NCBI RefSeq assembly: GCF_009914755.1
Contig: NC_060925.1
DNA: 64,000 nucleotides
Origin: the human T2T-CHM13v2.0 reference genome, Homo sapiens
Direction: 5' to 3' (one strand)
Shown: piece after piece, positions 53,045-64,000 of the stretch
Numbering within the stretch: the first letter of the stretch is position 1
Layout: each line of letters starts with the position of its first letter
Made by a program: the position numbers and the translations under genes
The notes under the pieces: generated by a model
Databases searched by the model: none
What the model saw: the letters and a program-made list of their open reading frames with translations, nothing else
What the model was told of the DNA's origin: nothing

Positions 53045-53113
53045 TCACCTTTGATTTCTAGCTGTTAGCAAAATAATGCCAGTCACCTTGCTTCACACTG
53101 AGTTGCCGCGAAT

Positions 53114-54002
53114 CGGGAAGGAATCTAGTTTTTGTGAGTCCAGTTGTTTGTGTAAAGTGAGGGATTCTTGTTATGAAAATAAAATTATAAACACATAATT
53201 ATGATAAATTATAAATTTTTTATAGCTAACAAACACCACAACTATAAAAATCAATCCAGAAAATTAACATTTTTAATTAACTAATGTCCTGACAAACCTT
53301 TTTAATACCTATTTATCTAAATTTTAAGACTGTAAAATTTTTTTATCATTTTTCTCATGTGCAATTATGTTTAATACTTTCTGTAGAATAACAATGTTAT
53401 TCTGAATTTCCTCTGGCGTTGTTAATCTAGGTTTGTTTCTTGTTGACAGAGTAGAAGGATTTTTTTCAGTTTCAAGACTCAATTTTTGGTAGTATTCATC
53501 TGTAATTTTCTTTTTGGTTCTACTCAAATGCATTTCTGGCTCAGCAACAAGCCTACAAAGAACTCCAGTCATTCTCTCTCCCTATGTCCAGCAGAGCACA
53601 GAGAGATCTTTGCTTGCCTCAGCACCACCTGCCACTCTCATACTGTTCCACCATCACGATCCTGGGAATCTGAGGGACCAGTTTGCCATAAGCTAGATGG
53701 TAGTGGCCCCATGATGATGCACAGCAGCATGTTATTGTTTTGTTGAAATCTAAGGTAGGGTTGGGATGATTGTTGTGGTACAATGGGGGCAGGCTGCTGA
53801 TGGAACCAGACATAGATAGAAGTACTAATGGAAGCCTGTCAGCCCACCTACAGTATCAGCACTGCCACCAGGAGCAGGTCTCCTGTTTTTCTGTTTATTT
53901 CTACTGCCTTGGAGAATAACACATGGAGAAATGGAAGATGCATATCTAAGTTGTAGGTTCTGAAACTTATGCTTCATCTGCTACATGGTAGATCTGCCTC
54001 TG
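53114..54002 (+). mobile_element. ORSL-2-like hAT-Tip100 DNA transposon
   Basis: 'gggaaggaatctagtttttgtgagtcc...aatccagaaaa...cctgacaaacct' and terminal 'ctgaaacttatgcttcat...catggtagatctgcctctg'. Confidence 0.6.
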
Positions 54003-54029
54003 TATAAACCTTTTTTGGATGGTTCTTTT

Positions 54030-54350
54030 TCAGGCATTGTTTCTTTTGCCTTGAAGTCTTTCCTCCCTTTGAGGCACATTCCTGCTTATAGTTCTATACA
54101 CAGCTAAACTGTTACATCATCTCTGGACATTCTTGCCAGAGTTAAGCATAACACCCTGCAGTATTTTACTCATTTTTTAATCAAAACATTCACCATGGCA
54201 TATTGTAAGTTGTGTCATTGTATGTCAATCTCTCTTACTATATCGAGATGTTATTAAGGTTGGGAACCATCTCTATTAATTTTATATCTTTTGCCTCTAC
54301 TACAAGTTTTGTCACATAGTAAGATTTTAACAAATAATCATTAAATGAAC
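54030..54350 (+). mobile_element. L2 3' fragment
   Basis: 'cacatagtaagattttaacaaataatcattaaatgaac' L2 terminus. Confidence 0.55.
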
Positions 54351-54599
54351 AATTAAAAGTTTTACCTCTAAGCACCACCACCTCTAAAGGGTTTATTTAA
54401 CTCCTTTTTAAAGAATTATTCCAGTGTTTTGTAGTATCAAATTCTTAACAAACTGTACAGCAGAAGTTAGTGTGTATTTTTTATTGTATTCACTAGATTA
54501 TTAGCATATCATAGAAAAAAAATCTAGCCCTTGATTTTTGTTCTCAGAATCTAACACAGCACCTGACATGGTTGGATAAAGGAATGATTTACTTTGTTA

Positions 54600-54855
54600 A
54601 GATAGAAAAAGCTATCATTTATTGAGTATGCTTTGAGTACTAGGTACTGTTTTAGGTGTTTACATGAAATATTGCACTTAATTCTTACAGTAACCTTGTA
54701 AGCAGGGATGTTATCCTCCCTTTCAAAATAAAAATACTGGGGCTTACTAAAGCTATATGCACCAGTCCTGTTGTCAGCAAGTAGAAAAAACAGAATACAA
54801 CCACTAGCCAGCTGAGTCCAGAAACCCTGATTGTAATCAATTCACTACACTGCCC
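54600..54855 (-). mobile_element. MIR
   Basis: 'atcatttattgagtatg...taattcttacagtaaccttgtaagcagggatgttatcctcccttt'. Confidence 0.65.
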
Positions 54856-57503
54856 TTCAAGAAATCAATATTCAGTGGTTTGGGTCACTACGTGACTCAC
54901 TTTTACTGCTGCCAGTGATGGCTACATATGCCTTGTAACTTTATGTAAGTCACATCCAATAAAATATCTGTCAACTGGAAAGCTCGGAGCATCTAGTTAA
55001 TTGAATTTTTAAATTAAAATTTAGTAACCATTACCTTGCCTTAATAAGTAGAGAAAACATAACATAATTGAATGCTTATTTTCAAATTTATAATCACTCA
55101 GGTTCTCAAGGACAGAATTTTGACTCTTAGTAATTTCAGTTATACCTCTTTTTATTGTACTTCATTATATTGTGCTTTGCAGATATTTTTTATAAATTGA
55201 ATATTGTGGCAACTCATCAAGGAACAAGTATATTGGCACCATTTTTCCAATGGCATGTGCTCACTTTGTGTCTCTGTGTTATATTTTGGTAACTCTCACA
55301 ATATTTCAAACCTTGTAATATTTGGTTATTAAAAATTAACTGTTATGATCTGTGATTAGTGATCTTTGATGTTGTTATTGTAATGGTTTGGGACACCCTG
55401 GACTGCACCCATAAAAGATGGCAAACTTAATCAACAAAGGTAGTGTGTGTTTTGTCTGCTCTGATGACTGTTCTTCATCTCATTCCTTCTCCTCAGGCCT
55501 CCTTATTCTCTGAGAAACAACAGTATTGAAATTGGGCAAATTAATAATGTTACAATGGTCTCTAAGTGTTTAAGTGAAAGGAACTTTCCCACATGTCTCA
55601 CATTTAATCAAAAATCATAAATGATTATACTTAGTGTGACAGACATGTCTAAAGACCACATAGGCCAAAGGCTCGGCCTCTTGTGTCAAACAACCAAGTT
55701 ATGAATGCAAAGGGAAAGTTCTTGAGGGAAATTAAAAGTGCTAATTCAGTGAACACATAAATGATAAGAAAGCAAAATAGCCTTATTGCCAATATGGAGG
55801 AAGTTTGAGTGGTATAAATAGAAAATCACACCAGCCACAACATTCCCTTAAGCCAAAGCCTAATTCAGAGACGCATGCTCTTTAATTCTATGAAGGCTGA
55901 GAGAGGTGAGGATGTGACAAGAAACTCTGGAAGCTAGCAAAAGTTCGTTCATGAGGTTTAAGGAAATAAGCCATCTTCATAATGTAAAACTTCAAGATGA
56001 AGCAGCAAGTGCTGATGGAGAAGTTGCAGCAACTTATCAAGAAGATCTAGCCAAGAACATTGATACAACTGGTTAAACTAAACAATGGATTTTCAATGCA
56101 GACAAAAGAGCCTCCTATTGGAAGAAGATGCCACTGAGCACTTAGGTAGTTAAAGAAGAGAAATCAATGCTTGGCTTCGAAGCTTCAAAGTACAGGCTGA
56201 CCCCTCTTGCTAGGGGTGAATTCAACTGGTGACTTTAAGTTGAATCCAATGCCCATTTACCATTCTCAAAATACTAGGGTCCTTAATAATTATGTTAAAT
56301 CTTCTCCACCTGTGCTGTATAGATAGAAAAACAAAGTTTGGATGACAGCACATCTCTTTGATGCATGGTTTACTGAGTATTTTAAGCCCACTGTTGAGAC
56401 CTACTGCTCAGAAATAAAGGATTCCTTTCCAAATATTACTGCTCACTGACAATGACACTGATCACCCAAGAGCTCTGATAAAGATGTACAGGACGTGATG
56501 TCATTTTCATGCCTGCTAACATAACATCCATTCTGCAGGCCATAGATCAGGAGTTTTATGATTTCAGAAATATATTTCTTAAAGTTATAGCTGTCATAGG
56601 TAGTGACTCTAATTGATCTGGGTAAAGTAGATATAAAATCTTCTGGAAAAAATTCACCATTCTCGATGCCATTAAAAACATTTGTGATTCATGAGAGAAG
56701 GTCAAAATATCAACATTAACAGGAGTTTGGAAGAAATTGACTGTAAACCTCATAAATGACTTTGAAGAGTTAAATACTTCATTAGAGGAAGTACCTGTAA
56801 ATGTGGTAGAAATAGCAAGAGACCTATAATGAGAAGTGGAGCCTGAAGATGTAAGTGAATTGCTTCAATTGCATGATAAAATTTGAATGGGTCAGGAATT
56901 ATTTTTTATGGATGATCAAAGAAAATAGTTTTTTGAGATAGAATCCACTCTTGGTGAAAATGATATGAACATTGTCAGAATGACAACAAAGTATTTGGAG
57001 TAATACATAAACCTAATTAATAAAACAGCAGGAGGGTTTGAGAAGATGAACTCCAATTTTGTTTTTTTTTTCCATTTCCAAAATTCTCCTTTACTTTTTA
57101 TGTCCCAATACCTTTATACAGTTACACATTGTTTCTCCAGCATGTATCCTATCCTACCCTTCTGCTTCATGAATTTACCCTCATATTTTAAGATAAGGCC
57201 ACCTCCTTTGCAAAGTCTTTGCTAGCATATCCTGGGAGAATTCGGCATTTCCATGCCTATATGCCATGAGCATTTTCTTCATTTTTTTTTTTTAAATTAT
57301 TATACTTTAAGTTTTAGGGTACATGTGCACATTGTGCAGGTTAGTTACATATGTATACATGTGCCATGCTGGTGCGCTGCACCCATTAACTCATCATCTA
57401 GCATTAGGTATATATCCCGATGCAATCCCTCCCCCCTTCCCCCACCCCACAACAGCCCCCAGAGTGTCATATTCCCCTTCCTGTGTCCATGTGATCTCAT
57501 TGT

Positions 57504-61326
<3,823 letters not shown>

Positions 61327-61389
61327 TATGATGTTAGCTGGTTATTTTGCTCGTTAGTTGATGCAGTTTCTTCCTAGTCTGGATGGTCT

Positions 61390-62406
61390 TTACATTTTGG
61401 CATAATTTTGCAGCGGCTGGTACCGGTTGTTCCTTTCCATGGTTAGTGCTTCCTTCAGGAGCTCTTGTAAGGCAGGCCTGGTGGTGACAAAATCTCCCAG
61501 CATTTGCTTGTCTGTAAAGTATTTTATTTCTCCTTCACTTATGAAGATTAGTTTGGCTGGATATGAAATTCTGGGTTGAAAATTCTTTTCTTTAAGAATG
61601 TTGAATATTGGCCCCCACTCTCTTCTGGCTTGTAGGGTTTCTGCTGAGAGATCTGCTGTTAGTCTGATGGGCTTCCCTTTGGGGGTAACCCGACCTTTCT
61701 CTCTGGCTGCCCTTAACATTTTTCCTTCATTTCAACTTTGGTGAATCTGACAATTATGTGTCTTGGAGTTGCTCTTCTCGAGGAGTATCTTTGTGGCGTT
61801 CTCTGTATTTCCTGAATCTGAACGTTGGCCTGCCTTGCTAGATTGGGGAAGTTCTCCTGGATAATATCCTGCAGAGTGTTTTCCAACTTGGTTCCATTCT
61901 CCCCATCACTTTCAGGTACACCAATCAGACGTAGATTTGGTCTTTTCATATAGTCCCATATTTCTTGGAGGCTTTGCTCATTTCTTTTTATTCTTTTTTC
62001 TCTAAACTTCCCTTCTCGCTTCATTTCATTCATTTCATCTTCCATCGCTGATACCCTTTCTTCCAGTTGATCGCATCAGCTCCTGAGGCTTCTGCATTCT
62101 TCACGTAGTTCTGGAGCCTTGGTTTTCAGCTCCATCAGCTCCTTTAAGCACTTCTCTGTATTGGTTATTCTAGTTATACATTCTTCTAAATTTTTTTTCA
62201 AAGTTTTCAACTTCTTTGCCTTTGGTTTGAATGTCCTCCTGTAGCTCAGAGTAATTTGATCGTCTGAAGCCGTCTTCTTTCAGCTCCTCGAAGTCATTCT
62301 CCATCCAGCTTTGTTCCGTTGCTGGTGAGGAACTGTGTTCCTTTGGAGGAGGAGAGGCGCTCTGCTGTTTAGAGTTTCCAGTTTTTCTATTCTGTTTTTT
62401 CCCCAT
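61390..62406 (-). pseudogene. L1 ORF1p, frameshifted into three pieces
   Basis: MGKKQNRKTGNSK..., RPNLRLIGVPE, REWGPIFNILKEKNFQPRISYPAKL. Confidence 0.92.
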
Positions 62407-63310
62407 CTTTGTGGTTTTATCTACTTTTGGTCTTTGATGATGGTGATGTACAGGTGGGCTTTTGGTGTGGATGTCCTTTCTGTTTGTTAGTTTTCCTTCT
62501 AACAGACAGGACCCTCAGCTGCAGGTCTGTTGGAATACCCTGCCTTGTGAGGTGTCAGTGTGCCCCTGCTGGGGGGTGCCTCCCAGTTAGGCTGCTCGGG
62601 GGTCAGGGGTCAGGGACCCACTTGAGGAGGCAGTCTGCCCGTTCTCAGATCTCCAGCTGCGTGCTGGGAGAACCACTGCTCTCTTCAAAGCTGTCAGACA
62701 GGGACACTTAAGTCTGCAGAGGTTACTGCTGTCTTTTTGTTTGTCTGTGCCCTGCCCCCAGAGGTGGAGCCTACAGAGGCAGGCAGGCCTCCTTGAGCTG
62801 TGGTGGGCTCCACCCAGTTCGAGCTTCCAGGCTGCTTTGTTTACCTAATCAAGCCTGGGCAATGGCGGGCGCCCCTCCCCCAGCCTCGCTGCCGCCTTGC
62901 AGTTTGATCTCAGACTGCTGTGCTAGCAATCAGCGAGACTCCCTGGGCGTAGGACCCTCCAAGCCAGATGCCGGATATAATCTCTTGGTGCGCCGTTTTT
63001 TAAGCCCATCTGAAAAGCGCAGTATTCGTGTGGGAGTGACCCGATTTTCCAGGTGTCGTCCCTCACCCCTTTCTTTGACTCAGAAAGGGAACTCCCTGAC
63101 CCCTTGCGCTTCCCAAGTGAGGCAATGCCTCGCCCTGCTTTGGCTCGTGCACGGTGCGCACACCCACTGACCTGCGCTCACTGTCTGGCACTCCCTAGTG
63201 AGATGAACCCGGTACCTCAGATGGAAATGCAGAAATCACCCGTCTTCTGCGTCGCTCACGCTGGGAGCTGTAGACTGGAGCTGTTCCCATTCGGCCATCT
63301 TGGCTCCTCC
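62400..63310 (-). promoter_or_regulatory. L1 5'UTR: internal sense promoter and antisense promoter
   Basis: YY1 site (gccatcttgg at about 63295-63303 on +), CpG-rich 5'UTR. Confidence 0.75.
62862..63170 (+). CDS. ORF0: L1 ORF0 (antisense 5'UTR ORF), open for 102 codons
   Basis: gcaATGG Kozak context; MAGAPPPASLPPCSLISDCCASNQRDS... matches primate ORF0; expression unknown. Confidence 0.55.
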   Translation: MAGAPPPASLPPCSLISDCCASNQRDSLGVGPSKPDAGYNLLVRRFLSPSEKRSIRVGVTRFSRCRPSPLSLTQKGNSLTPCASQVRQCLALLWLVHGAHTH

Positions 63311-64000
63311 GAACTCCAATTTTGAAATAAATTATACTGTGGCTAAAATGTTGTCAAACAGCATAACACGCTACAGAGAAAACTTTTATGAAAGGAAGAG
63401 TCAATAGTTGTAGAAAAATTTTTGTTGTTTAATTTTAAGAAATTATGACAGCCACCTCAACCTTCAGCAGCCACCACGCTGATCAGTCCAGCAGACATCA
63501 ACACTGAGGTAAGACCCAGCATCAGCTATAGATTACAGCTTGCTGAAGGCTCTGATGATTGTTAGCATTTTTTTTGCAATAAAGTTTTAAATTAAGGCAT
63601 GTACATTGTTATTTAGACATAGTGCTATTGCACACTCAGTGGACAATGGCATAGTGTAAACATAACTTTTAAATGCCCTGGGAAACTAAAAACTGCGCTG
63701 GACTCATTTTATTGCAATATTTGCTTTATTGTGGTGGTTTTGAACCACACTTGCTTATCGCTGAGCTATGCCGGTGTTTTTAAAGGAGATAATTTTGGAA
63801 TCGGTAGATTAGATAAATAGAAGTAAAAGGGAATATTCAGAGAAGTAGTTTCCATATATCAGGAAAAAAGGTAAAGATCTGGACAGAGACAATTACAGAA
63901 AGGATGAGAAAAAGAGTCAGAATTTACAGGCTTTCCTAAGGGACATTTGAATGTAGTAGATGTCTAGTTTCTTTCTGGGACTGTAAGAGGAGGAGGGTTA

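Noticed and set aside
53045-53059. First read as a templated insertion at a TSD-less L1 junction with target deletion
   Set aside because: Better explained as the true TSD: its partner at 51237-51251 is followed by a T-run and a correctly spaced AATAAA, as expected for a 3' transduction.
51115-55137. Tigger1 pair as part of a larger inverted segmental duplication
   Set aside because: Neither inner nor outer flanks of the two copies are reverse-complementary; similarity is confined to the transposons.
55560-57061. Possible domesticated Tigger transposase (TIGD1-like gene)
   Set aside because: Both Tigger1 copies have many stops and indels; the ORF track shows no long transposase ORF.

Overview
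Primate (hominoid, probably human or great ape) genomic DNA that is AT-rich and dominated by transposable elements. I find no convincing host protein-coding exon, RNA gene or CRISPR-like array; nearly all listed ORFs are L1, ERV or Alu remnants or chance ORFs. Main contents: the 3' part of an LTR12 (ERV9) LTR; old L2/MIR/L3/MLT/THE1/LTR16/hAT fragments; an old + strand L1 with a 5' end but no 3' end; several - strand L1s (L1PB1, a TSD-bounded L1PB with a nested L1PA10, L1PA3-like, twin-primed L1PA7, full-length but disrupted L1PA2); and a TSD-bounded HUERS-P (LTR1, tRNA-Pro PBS) gag-only provirus with a HERV-W LTR17 inserted in its 5' LTR. The most notable observations are (1) two full-length Tigger1 transposons head-to-head about 4 kb apart that share many apparently derived mutations, suggesting arm-to-arm conversion or local hopping, and (2) three neighbouring L1 insertions that each appear to carry a 3' transduction with its own poly(A) signal, second tail and outer TSD. 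There are also several templated micro-rearrangement scars and a candidate non-coding exon. I cannot support a new biological system beyond these. Subfamily names come from recalled consensus sequences, not a database search, and boundaries of old elements are approximate.
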